Assembly: GCA_030704615.1 (NCBI GenBank)
Contig: CM060731.1
Coordinates: forward strand, 36,890,001 to 36,954,000
Source: Takakia lepidozioides
Taxonomy: Eukaryota > Plantae > Bryophyta
Direction: 5' to 3'
Length of the DNA stretch: 64,000 nt
Positions 38,332 to 50,463 of the stretch are shown here, one piece after another. A program made the translations under genes and the position numbers. Each line of letters opens with the position of its first letter. Position 1 is the first letter of the stretch. The notes below the pieces were generated by a model, which saw only the letters and a program-made list of their open reading frames with translations, was not told the origin of the DNA and did no database searches.

Positions 38332-40760
38332 CTAAGATGAAGAAACAAAATCATCATCTATGTCCTCCTCAAGCCCTACCCAGTCTGTAAATGCGAACAA
38401 AAACTCCTTGAATGTGATCATCCCGTTTTTGTCCCAATCCATTTCCTCTGCACCAGCCACAGATGGGACTGTTGTGAGATGACATGCATCCTTAGCATTC
38501 TAGGGATAACCTTCAATTGCAGTATCACACCAACGGTACTAATTCACAGAATCATACAGCTGACCCAGGGAGGAGGTGTATTGTAATTCTCTGCTCCCAA
38601 CTGCAGTGCCAGTTTTCATCACATTGACGCTATTGTAAGGATCCGTGTGAGAGACATATATCCGATATACCAGAGAAACTTTAATTACAGAGTCGGTGAT
38701 AGGCTCTCATTTCGCTCCCTTTATCTGGTCTGTCCCAATATTCTGCAGCGAGCTTCCATTGACCATGCTTTATGCTACCCTCTCAACCTCCTCATAAAGA
38801 CTGCTACATAACTCTCAGATTAGTGAAGGACAAGAAGGTTAATGAGTCAAACATAAACCAGCTCAAGCATTGAGAGAATACCGACCAAAAAAAAGTGAAC
38901 TCACCAAATCTTTGCATCCCGATCTTATCTCCCTGTCGGCTAGGCGATGACTCATTGAGGGCACAGATCAATTCACTCTTGCTAACGTAGCCATCTTTAT
39001 CACGGTCAAAAAACACAAATGCCTCCACGATTGTGTCAAATGTAGATTCTAGCTCTGGCAGCCCTATTCGGGTTCTCTTCATCGGACAGCTCCAGTCAAG
39101 GACAACCGACACATTGTATGAGGAGTGTTACAGAAAATCCCACAGACATACTATATATCTTACCTTCGTTGAAGTAAGCAATCTCATCTTATTAGTGAAA
39201 CTATTGGTGACACAGTAGCGGACACAAAGGCTTCAACCCCCTTCTTCTGTGATTCTTACTCTCTCGACTCACCCTGCCCCCTTTCAAACAGAGAACCATG
39301 GAATCCATGGAACCCTTCCCCCTCCCCGTGTCGCATCAAACATATATGCCAGATGTGCTCCCGTCAACCCACTTGAATAGAACTGTGGGACCAAAGATCT
39401 AACCTGCCTGATCATAAAATAGACAAGCATATGGAGGAGGATACAGCTTGACTATTGTTTGCAGGTTTGCCAAGAAGGTATACAAGGGCCAGTACCACAA
39501 TGAACTCTTTGAACTCAACACCATGGCTACAGTCCATGTCACTCTGTGCATGAAATGCGTGCACTTCCTCATCTGTGCAATCTACTTGTAGCTCTTTGAA
39601 ACAAAGCTTCAATTCCTCCAAATCAATGGATCCATTGCCATCCGTATCTGCAAACCACACACGACCCAGGAGCCCAATGGCTGAATGATGTAACGTAATG
39701 AACAAACACACAAAAATTAGTTGCACCACTACAAAATCTCAATCCAGGAAAAACATTTCCTCTGAAGGAAGTTTGCCATTATTCATGGCCACTGTCACAG
39801 AAGCAGCTGCAGAAAAGGGTGTCAGAATTAAGATCCATCCTTCTGCTCTGGCTAACAATCTTGTAAACAACAATGCTAAATCTCACATCAGCGTATACAA
39901 AATCTCTAAAAACCAGAAAGGCTTCAAAACAGAAGTCTCCCTCTCCCCTCTCCCACTTCCACTCACACTGGCAGTTACATATCAGGGCTCAGTTTGCAGC
40001 AGCGCTGAAATCAACATTGTGGCTTCTAGCATGATGTGTTAACTCACTGGCTCCAGGGGGATTAGTATCCCATGGCCACTGTCTTGTGTGTAAGTGCTAA
40101 TGTGCCCAGTGAAAGAACAACCGAGTACATTTTTTCTATCTCTCTCTCGCTTTCATTTTTCTGGGCACGGGGTCAATGGCCACAAGGCTACGGCAAACAA
40201 CATCTTATGAGTACATTCTTTCTTTTTCCTGCCCTCTGGCATTTACATTGTGATTGGCACTGCAACCACTGGACACATCTAGCCTCCTCCTTATGGTAGA
40301 GGTCTACAGGTGCAGTGGTGGATTCACCGATGTGCTCTATGATGTCAATCCATTCGCCAACACTCACCAAACCCCAATGGAAAACAGTCAGCTGTCGATC
40401 CCAGCTACAGAAATTTCACTCCCTGGTGAGTGAGAACACCCAGGGCTACAAGAAGGTAAGCAATTCTGTGATAACCATGCCAATCAGAGCTTGCCATAGG
40501 CAAAAGCCAATGGCAACAAAATCTCTCTCTCTCCCTCCCCTCCTCTCTCTCTCAACAAGTTAGCACCTACCAAATTTCTTAAACACTGATCTAACAGCTT
40601 CAAAGGACTCATCAATCCTGTGAAACTTCATGATAATACTGTTGAAAGTTTTCAATCCAAACTGGCCTGACTGGGCCCTCTCTGCCATAGCCTCCACCAT
40701 CCTCTTTTCAATCCCGGACGGCTGGTTCACTGCCTGACGTTTGCTTTGTCTGATCCCCAT
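38332..40760 (-). CDS. CML21-like: Calmodulin-like EF-hand protein (CML21/CML22 type), 226 aa; exons 40760-40571, 39647-39445, 39076-38905, 38447-38332
   Basis: EF loops DTDGNGSIDLEE, DMDCSHGVEFKE, DRDKDGYVSKSE and DWDKNGMITFKE. Also LKTFNSIIMKF, FTDWVG and an N-myristoylation-type MGIRQSK start; 681 nt in frame. Confidence 0.9.
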
Positions 40761-42608
40761 CTATACACACCTTAGCTTCTTCAAAGCCAAAGGTTTTCCC
40801 AGAGTCGACCTGTTCCCAAAGAACCAAAAAACGTCAACATGTAGATGTCTTGGATGCAACTGAACCCAGCATCTTTCTTACATATCAAAGCCAAAATATA
40901 AGAAATGAACATTCAAGTGCCCTGCACTAGACAATTACCAAAGAACACTCTTGTTGTAGCCCTACACAGGGCACCGTCTACGTGAGAGACTGAATTGGTT
41001 GGGGGAATGTCATTTCCCTGCATTCGCGGCATTCGGCATTCGGCAGGGGATTCGCGTAACTCACATGTATGCAGAAGATAAATAACTGCAACTGTTATTA
41101 TGCATGCATGCCACTCCAGCCACATCCAAAGTGCAAAAGAAGTCGTCCAATACGTGGCGAGTGAGGCTCTATGAACCAGTTTCCCAACAATTTAGAAAAC
41201 TTCACGGAACTTTGAACTACAATTCAAACTCCTCGGTTATATAATTGAACAGAGACCAAACCATATGCAGTCCTTGCACCAGAATCAGAACATATGCAAA
41301 CGCTAATGCTAAAATACAGAACTACAGGTTGTGTTTACCGACGAGCCAGTTTTCTTCCACGCAAATGCATGGCTGCGAAAAATTAGCCATACCTATGTTA
41401 ATCGAAGCTACTATTTCCCTTGTTCTTCTCTTTTTTCTCAAGGACCCATTGTCACCATGTCACCAGGATACAGCATTTCAGCAGCGAAGCGAGTATAATC
41501 CGTTTGAATCGCTCTACAAACCAGTCCAAGACCTGTGGCACACCACAGACGTGAACATTACACCATTGCAAGTAGAGGAGACAAAAAAAGCAAGAGAACT
41601 TGCAATCGAAGTTGTTTGAATATCCCAGGGGTCAACAGAATCGAAGCGAAAGAAGAAAAGACAGAGTATAGAATCGAGAACAAAATCAACCCAAAATTTA
41701 AAATCCTTAAAGAAAACAACAGAAGCCTTACATGAGTCAATAACAGTGAATGAAGAACAGAGCCATCGATCGACCTCCAGGACTGACCAGCGAGACGAGA
41801 GAGACGCACTGTCAGGGACCGTGATTTGTGGGGAGGGTCCCTCCCCACAAACCATCTTCTGCCGCGTGGCATTCCCATACGGGTCTTTACGTCTCTATTT
41901 ATTTATTTAAGCAAATAATAAGGTAGAACTTACTTCACACGTGTGATGTCTGACAGGAAGGTATGTAAAGCCCCATATTTGCTTAGCCTAGAAATGGCCC
42001 GTTTCATCCAAATAGGTGATACATATCCGTAGTATATTTTTTTGGCTTATAAAGCCATTAAACCGTTACAATGATATCTAGGTTAGGGTTAGTTTTGGCT
42101 GGTGGCTCGATCCTGGCCCTTCATCATATACAGGGCTACAAGGCGGCGCCGTGGGCCTTGGGTTGTGACGCCTCGGCACGCGGTGGGCCACTAAAGCTAG
42201 GGTTTTTGTATAAAGACGGCACCCTGACACAAGGTCAGGACGGTGTACCTAGGTGTTAGTGTATATGTGATTTTGGTATACAAGATTTGGATGGAGCTGC
42301 TTTGTGCCAGATCCGTGTGTTTGATCCTCCTCTCGCGCGTTGCTTGCTCTTTCCGCTCACCCCTTTGTTGTGAAACCTTGCTTCTTGAGATGAAAGAAGT
42401 ATATGTTTCAGGCTTGTTTTATGGTGGAGACAAAGCCGGGTACCATAGGTGTTGGTGGATCTTGCCCGCGTTGTCAAGGTCAGTTAGGTCTTTCTCGCGG
42501 GATCTGCTCTACATCGTGCTGCCTAAGTGTTTCACCAATGCGTGTTATCAATGGCGGCTCCTCGCCTTGCCATATTTTCTCCTGCAGTTGTGATATCGCC
42601 GGCTCACA

Positions 42609-43439
42609 TTGCGCACTGGGGTGTGGTTGCAGGGAATGGCTACTGTTCGAGACTTGTCTTGTGTAGCTCGTAGAGAAGGAAAGAGCCTGCTTCTTCATAT
42701 TAGTGTGGAACTTGTTATTGAAACTAATCCTAGTGTGGAAACTAACCCTGTTGTCATTCTTTGTCCTGCTGGTGCCGTTCCTGTTGCTTCTCCTGTTGTT
42801 GAAACCAACCGTGTCGTTTCTAACTCTGCCGACGTTCTTGTTGTTGCTAACACGGCCGACAGCGCGCGGCCTGGCAGTGTTGCCTTGCCAGCGTCGCCTC
42901 TCCTTGAACCAACCACTTGTGTTCTAGCGCTTGTTGTTTCATTGGGTTCTCTTGGTGGTAGTGATTATGACAATTTAGATGAGGCAGAGGCGTGGTTGCC
43001 AAGGTTTGAGAAATCTGACAGCTCTCTAGATAGTTGTGACCCGGAATACTATAATTTTGACAACTTTGTTGATCCTGGACGTGAATATTTCGAGAGTAGG
43101 CAACAGGCAACAGAGTTAGAGAGGGATATCGAGTTGTCGCAGGAAGTAGATGATTTGTTGTGTGAGATATGTGATGAGGATCAGCTTTGGTTTGAGTGTG
43201 TAGAAAGAGTTGTCGTGGGTGACCATGCTGCATTAACCAGTCATCACAAGGCCCTGTTCACGAGACCTTTGCTTGAGCCTGGCGCGGTGGTGTCCAGAGC
43301 CAGACAGCTTGCTAGGCGAGAATTTGAGTTGCGCAACGAAGAACATATGTCGTCTAGAACGATCAAGGCGCGTTTTCTGCACCATCGCAAATTGACCTGG
43401 TTAAAAGTTGTTTTGTATTTACCTCTCTCTGGTGTTTGA
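42609..43439 (+). CDS. Unknown 276-aa ORF upstream of gag, within the putative LTR/leader
   Basis: Open frame with an acidic central block; no recognised domain. Confidence 0.35.
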   Translation: MRTGVWLQGMATVRDLSCVARREGKSLLLHISVELVIETNPSVETNPVVILCPAGAVPVASPVVETNRVVSNSADVLVVANTADSARPGSVALPASPLLEPTTCVLALVVSLGSLGGSDYDNLDEAEAWLPRFEKSDSSLDSCDPEYYNFDNFVDPGREYFESRQQATELERDIELSQEVDDLLCEICDEDQLWFECVERVVVGDHAALTSHHKALFTRPLLEPGAVVSRARQLARREFELRNEEHMSSRTIKARFLHHRKLTWLKVVLYLPLSGV

Positions 43440-46400
43440 AGTACGGAGCTTCATCATGGCCTTGGTGTGGTAGGGTGAAGTTGGTTGTCATTAATGTTAC
43501 AAGGCACGGGGGCTTTGATCTTGAGGGCACTACAGTTTCAACTCTGGCCCTGCGCCTTGGCACCCACTTATTCACAGTTGGTTGATGGTCTGAAGGGTGG
43601 GGCCTTGATAGTGCAGTCGTCTGATCTAGTAGTATTGGGTGTGGGTACTACCTTTGCTTCACAACGAGTGGTTCGTCCGAGTGCGTTTGAGAGATTGAGT
43701 GACTACTCGAACTCGGCTGTGCTTTCGCGCACCTCGAGAGAGGGTGACACAACCCGCGTTGGTTTTTGGCTCAAGGGAGCTGACGGTTGGGAGTGGCTAG
43801 TGTTGGGAGTTTACGAGTTGTAGTCACACAAGGTGCTGAGGGTGGTATATTGTTCCACTTGGGTTCCAGAGGACAGCTCGCCAAGTGCTCGGCCCACTCT
43901 CCATATCCCTGTTGCTTAAAGGTTATGCTTCCAATCTAACTTCGTTTCTTGCATGCTAGGCGATTCTAGAACTACTTGGGTGAGATCTGGAAGACAAAAG
44001 TCCATGAAATAGTTCAGGAGAGCCGTTGGCCGAAAGTGTAGTAGAAATGAATGAGGGATCGGACAACCTGCAGGCAGGTAATTTCATGATGAGTGATGAT
44101 GAATTTTTGAATGCTGGTACGATGGGAGCAGTTGTAGAGTCCCCAACTGGTATTGCATTGGTAGATGAGGGTTCTGGGATAGCCAACCCCAAGGGCCTCT
44201 CTGTTTATGATCGGAGTGATGAAGCCTTGGTGGCTGGACGAACCGAGCCTACGCTGGCTCAGGAATTAAACGGTCGGCCCTCCCATCCTGTTCATGTTCA
44301 GGGGGTAGATGGGTCTGGTTCGGATGTTTGGGCTACTATGAGCAGTATGCCGGCCCCAATAACGAGTCTGGTGCATGTGCCTGTGATTAGCCTCCCTAAT
44401 CCCACTCTCGGGGAAGGGACTAGCTCTTTGAATTCAAGTTTGCATCCGAGTGTTGTCCCTTTGTTGAATGTCTCCGGTCTTGCTGCAGGTGGGGAGGACA
44501 GTAGCATCAGTGCCCTCCACCTCGTCTGTTGGTTATGCAAGTCATGTGGGAACTCTTCCTGTTCAATAGATAGGGGGATTGCCACGAACTGCAGCTAATC
44601 TGGGTATGGGTATACATGCTAGCAATGTCAATACAATCCCTATTCATGCTAGCAATTTAAGCTCTAGAATAGCTCCTATGGTGGGAATGACGTCCACTCC
44701 TCCCATGAGTGGTGTGCCACAGCCCCACCTACAGTCAGTCTACCCAGCTGCTCAGTCAAATGTGGTGTCACATGCCCTTCCCATGGGCATGTGGGCACCA
44801 CATGCAAGTCTTCCTCTAGTGTGGGACCAGCCATTAGTGGGGTTAATCAGAGTATTGCGTCTGCTGTTAATTCTATACATGCTGCCAATACCTCTTATGT
44901 TCCTACTCAGGCCACCGTTCCCTGTTGTGCTGCTCATGCTTCTGTTCTTCCTGGGCACATAAACCACAGTCTGCCTGTCATCTGATCCCTCAGCTCACCA
45001 CTCAACCCTATCCAAAGTATAATATGGGGGAAGACTTTGATAGGTACCTTAAAATGTTTGAAGTCATTACTAGCGTCAATGGAGTGCCTGAGAACATCAA
45101 GATGACCATCTTTAGGATAAGCATGAAGGGGTCAGCTCGGGACTTGCTACATGCGGCAGTCATGGATGATCCCAGCCTCACTTGGGCGACCCTTATAGAA
45201 TGGGCTAAGACCTTGTTCAAGCCTCCTAAAAGACCTCTAGACTGCTTTGCTAAGTTCTCTTCCAGGACTTACCAGCGTGGAGAACCCTGTGGCAATTTTA
45301 CATGGACATCAAGTCTGTTGTTGTTGAGAACATCATTGACCCAGCAGAAAGAGATCGCATGGTCAAAAGGTATTTTCTCCTTGGCTTGCCCCCCTGCTAA
45401 TCAAAATTGGGCTCAGTGTCATCATTTTATCAATGACAAAACCATGTTAGCAGAAATTAAGATGGCAGACTTGGCTGACAGTAAATCAACGCAACATCAT
45501 GCCAAGTTCAAGCTCCAATGGGCTCCGAGCTTGGCATGGCTGCAACATCTGTGCCTTATGTTCCTCTTGCTATGCATTGTAAGACAGATGACTTCACCCT
45601 TCAAGGATTGGCCAACACAGTAGGCAGTCTTAGTGAGTATGTAGTCACTCAATTTGTTGCAATACAAGCCCACCAACAACGTTGGCAGCCTCGTCAGGCA
45701 CAAGGGCCAACAAGTGGCAATAATAGGGGTCGCACCCAAACTGGGCAAGCATATGAAGGTAATCATGCTGCATGTTACATCTGTGGATCTTTTGAGCACT
45801 TGTCCAGACAGGGCAGGATTACCAGAGCTGATCAAGAACAGGAAAGTTGCTAATGGTTCTTCCCCTACTTTAAACTAGAGAGACCTCTTGGGAAGGGGGC
45901 AAGAGGTCAATCATTTACCAACCCTACCTCTCTTATACCAGTTCAAGCTGTTTTATCTACTAACTTCAAAGCCTTGCATTGTCTTCTCAGCAAAATGGCT
46001 GCTGACCAGCAGATCAGTCCCCTTATGGCTTGGTGCCACATCCATGAGCTAAGCTTTTCCTGCGTGATAGATACAGGATGCACCATATCTGCCATCCCTT
46101 TGAATGTAGTAAGAACCCTTGGTCTTAAGCTATGCCCTGCTTCAGGAATTGAGGTTCTAATTGCTGATGGGTCAAGATATGAGCCTCTGGGATTAGTTAT
46201 TGTGTCCATCAGGATTCACAAGAAAGAGGTGGTGGTGACCTGCATAGTTACAATTGGGGAACAATTCCTGCTAGGCCTTGACTGGAGCTGGTGCCACCAT
46301 CAGCTTGGCAGACTATTCCCTTCGCTTTAGCAATGGTGAGGGACATGAGATTGTGGTTCCCTTGAAAGCAGTGAAAATCAAGGCTGGGTCTGCTACAGCC

Positions 46401-46569
46401 AATCTATCCAGAGTCCAAGCCATGGTCAAAGAGGTACAACAAAACTCTCACTCCACCCTCAATTGGAATGATTTTTACAAGTTTCAGCCTGATCTTCAAC
46501 TCTTATATCAATGACATGTTCCTAGTAGCTGTTCATAGCTGCCCATAGCTGTTCCAAGGAATTCTACCC

Positions 46570-46835
46570 TGATTCGTGCACCCCTTGAGCAACATAACCA
46601 TCCCTGCCATGACCCAGAAAGTGGTTAAATCTGGCCTGGCCTTCCTCTGTCCAGCTGCCCACTTCCTGGAAGTTGAAGGATGGATGAGACTAGTGCCCTC
46701 AAACATTGCCTAGTCGCCACAGGTGTTATAGATAGGGGATATAGGTAAGAAGTCTTGATTCTAATTGCTAATCCTGAGCGCTTCCCTGTGACCATTAAGA
46801 AAGAGCAGGTCCTGGCTCGCATCGCTACCTTACCC
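46570..46835 (+). pseudogene. dUTPase-like domain between protease and RT
   Basis: ITIPAMTQKVVKSGLAFLCP, then after a frameshift VATGVIDRGYR*EVLILIANPERFPVTIKKEQVLARI. This matches dUTPase motif III (GVIDxxYRGE) and the motif IV region. Confidence 0.65.
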
Positions 46836-48781
46836 ATTGCTGAAATACAAGAGGTGCAAGTTGGCTTTGGACTAGAGGCCATAGGCATACTACATGGCCC
46901 CTTGGATGTTGTTGCTGCAATTGCACCACCACCTGTTCCTGATCTCAATCCTGAAGGTAAGAAAGCCCTCGTCAAAGTGCTGTCTGAAATCAAGTTGGGT
47001 ACCACCCTCTCCTCAGGGCAAAGAAAGAGAGTTGAGATGTTTATTGCAAAAAATCTAGATGTCTTCAGCTTGGGGTCCACTGATTTAGGACGCACTCCCA
47101 TCCTTCACCATGACATAGTTACAGAAGGACCTCTTATCAAACAATTTGCTTACCGAGAGAGCGTCAAAGAACGTGCTATAGTCCAAGAGGAAATCCAGAA
47201 AATGCTTGATGCTGGTGTGATTAAGCCATCAGTTTCTCCTTGGGCTAGTCCTATTGTCCTGGTTGGAAAGAAAGATGGCACCACCCGCTTTTGTGTTGAC
47301 TTCAGGAAACTGAATGACATCACTAAAAAGGATGTCTACCCTCTGCCTAGAATCAATGAAACCTTGGATCAATTGCATGGTGCTACAATTTTCTCCTCTC
47401 TTGATCTTGCATCTAGTTTCTGGCAAGTTCCTCTCACTGAAGCAGCCAAGGAAAAGACCTATGGACATTGTCTTGGAAAATCTTCGCTGGGAATATGCCT
47501 TAATTTATGTAGATGATATCAATGTATATTCAGCCAGTTTTGATGCCCATTTGACTGACCTGCAGCACGTGTTCAGCAAATTGGGTACTGCAAGCCTCAA
47601 AGTGAAGCCAAAGAAGTGTGAACTATTCATGCCTGAGCTACACTTTCTTGGTCATATCCTCTCCAAGGATGGTTTGCTTCCTGATCCTGCAAAGCTTGAG
47701 TCTGTTTGGGGCTTTCCTATTCCCAAGGATAAACATTGTATCAAATCCTTCCTGGGTCTAGCTTCTTATTATTGACGCTTCATTAAGAACTTTGTCAAGC
47801 TTGCTCACCCTTTAACGAAGGTTTGTGCAAAGATGCCAGGTTTGAATGAACCTTCTCCCAGCAGGCTGCCTTTGATACCATTCGCAAGGCTTTGTGTTCA
47901 GCTCCCATCCTGATGTTTCCCAACTTTGAGTTGTTTTTCTTGCTTCAGACTGATGCATCAGATGTTGTCATCTCTGCAATCTTATGTCAAGTTGTAGAAG
48001 ACAATGAGCATGTAATAGCTTATGCATCTCGCCGTCTTGATCGTCATGAAAGGAACTATATCTGACAAGGAGGGTCTGGCCTAAGTATTTGGTGTGAAGC
48101 ATTTCAGGCAATATTTGCATGGTAGCTGGTTTGTGGTGGAGACTGATCATTTTCCACTTAAGGCCCTTGTTAAGCCAAGGGAACTTCATGGCAAACTTGC
48201 TAGATGGGCTATGTACCTGCAGGAATTTGACATGGATATAGTTTACAAGAAGGGCAAGGAGAACACAAATGCTGATGCACTCACACGGGTTGATCCTCCT
48301 GCCAACGGGCCTATGCTCACCTTGGATGACCTTGCTGCTGCTGATGCAGCCCCTCCTCCTAATCCTGCCCCCTGGCTGGAGATCATAGGTACAGGCACTC
48401 CAGACCACCTTCTCTAAAACCCATTGTCTACCTCTTATGTGCAGTGCAGTCATGGATGATCAGCTACATGTTGCGCTACTCCAGCGATGCCAATCGGGGC
48501 GTTTGTTAGCTGGCCTTTCCGAGTCCTTGCGTAAACAAATTCTCTATCATGTGTCTATTCACCGTTTCATGGGTGATAAGCTTTTCAAGGAGCTCACTAG
48601 AGGGGGAGTGCCATGCTACTTGGAGGTGCCACCATGCAGGGATGCCTCGGCGTGAGCCTGGTTGCGTGAGCGTAGCTGCGCTCACGCTATGTCACCTTGC
48701 GCCCATGCCACATCACCGGGCTCACTCCACGTCATCACGAAACGCCGCGTCACCGCGCGCCAAGGAAGAAGCGGAGTAACA

Positions 48782-49081
48782 ATGGCAGATCAAAGAAGTG
48801 TTCAGCCATTGGGATTGATAAGAGGAGTTAAGATACAGATTCAAAAGATGATCTTTAAGATCACAGTAACTGTGTTGAAAATGGATGAAGTCAGGGAAGC
48901 TTACTCCTTATTGCTGGGACGTCCGTGGCTGAAACAGGCCAGGGTATTCCATGACTGGAATTCCCAGTTACTAACTGTGCATGATGGGATGCACAAGATA
49001 CAAATCACCACTAAGAAATCTAGTAGATTACCTGCTACGAGAAGACCTCAAGGGGTTAGGGAGTATGACTGGAGGGGATGA
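48782..49081 (+). mobile_element. Fragment of a different Gypsy aspartic protease (C-half)
   Basis: MADQRSVQPLGLIRGVKIQI...YSLLLGRPWL. Confidence 0.75.
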
Positions 49082-49456
49082 CTTGAGGTTTGTTATTTCA
49101 TGAGCATGAGCGGCATGAGCGGCATGAGCGGAGTAGTAAGACAATCGGTTTTCATGAGCAGAAGTACAAATTTCGAAAATAAAAAACAATAAAAAACAAT
49201 AATTTAATGCAATGTGTCAGGAAAAACAAATATATTATTCGGCCCCTTGAAGGGAAAATTGCAGTTTTGACATTTGTGCTCATGATATTTCGTCTTCCGC
49301 TCATGCCAATTCCCAGCGACATGTGCAAATATGGCGCCGAATTTCGCGGTAATAGGGTCCGTAACCTCAAAAAACGGCGACGTATTTCGCGGTAATAGGT
49401 CTCTCTGGCGAAAAATGGTGCCGAATTCCGCGGCTATAGGTCCCCTCATGACAGGT

Positions 49457-49790
49457 AATTCGGCGCCATTTTTCCAGTGCATGTTCGGACTTAGCCAGTT
49501 TTCGGCGCAAAATAGGGAAATTCGGCGCCATTTTTCCAGACACTGTACCAGTGCATGTTGGGACTTAGCCAGTTTTCGGCCCAAAAAAGAGAAATTCGGC
49601 GCCATTTTTCCAGACACTGTACCAGTGCATGTTGGGACTTAGCCAGTTTTCGGCCCAAAAAAGAGAAATTCGGCGCCATTTTTCCAGACACGGTACCAGT
49701 GCATGTTGGGACTTAGCCAGTTTTCGGCCCAAAAAAGAGAAATTCGGCGCCATTTTCCCAGACACAGGTACCAGTGCATGTTGGGACTTA
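49457..49790 (+). repeat. Tandem repeat, 74-bp unit, ~4.5 copies
   Basis: Unit AATTCGGCGCCATTTTTCCAGACACTGTACCAGTGCATGTTGGGACTTAGCCAGTTTTCGGCCCAAAAAAGAGA. A partial copy lies at ~50222-50260 and inverted cores at ~49328 and ~49411. Confidence 0.95.
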
Positions 49791-50463
49791 GAGCACCCTT
49801 AACCGCGGAAACAAGTTGGACGACATAATAAAAGGACGTGGTCATTCCCACCTGAAAGTAACGGATGAATGCAGGATGGATGAATGTAGAGTGGATGAAA
49901 ATTAGATGGATGAGTGCAAACAATGCAAGTAGATGGATGAATGTGGGATGGATGAGAGTCCAATGGATGAATGTATAATTGATGAATGTGAAGATGGTTG
50001 GATCACTAGAACGTTCTTTCCTCTTGCTTTGACTTCAACTGGGGAGGAGTACAGATTAGAATCACCCAGAAGGGGATTCACGCCCCTTCTTTTCACACTA
50101 CAGCATCGTGCCATATCGTCTGGGCAAAACTGGAACTTCCAGTCCTTTGACTCCCCACTATGATAAGGTCGGAACAACCCAATTAAGGCAGAAGCTTGGT
50201 CTAAGTAACATGAAACCAGCCCGGCCCCAAAAAGAGAAATTCGGCGCCATTTTTCCAGAAATGGCCCCACAACTGCTTCTGTTGGATCTCAGTTTGAATG
50301 GAATATTGCCTCATTCCAGGAGTTTTGGGGTGCATTTCATTACACTGCAAAAAAAAATCTGATACAGCAAAATGCAATTGAAAATATCCATATGGATGAT
50401 TCCCTTTGCCCCATCAATGATTTCTGGAATCCCTAAGGAGGAGTTTGTGCAGCTCGTTCACGC

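Larger units (their letters stand above)
42072..48650 (+). mobile_element. Degenerate Ty3/Gypsy element: putative 5' LTR to ~43920, gag, protease, dUTPase-like domain, RT, RNase H; truncated before the integrase core
   Basis: Gag knuckle CYICGSFEHLSRQ, protease VIDTGC, RT SPWASPIVLVGKKDG/CVDFRKLN/YVDD, RNase H QTDAS/IAYASR/ETDH/NADAL. LTR limits are tentative. Confidence 0.85.

Noticed and set aside
49457-49790. CRISPR-like array
   Set aside because: Units are contiguous and near-identical with no unique spacers, and the context is eukaryotic.
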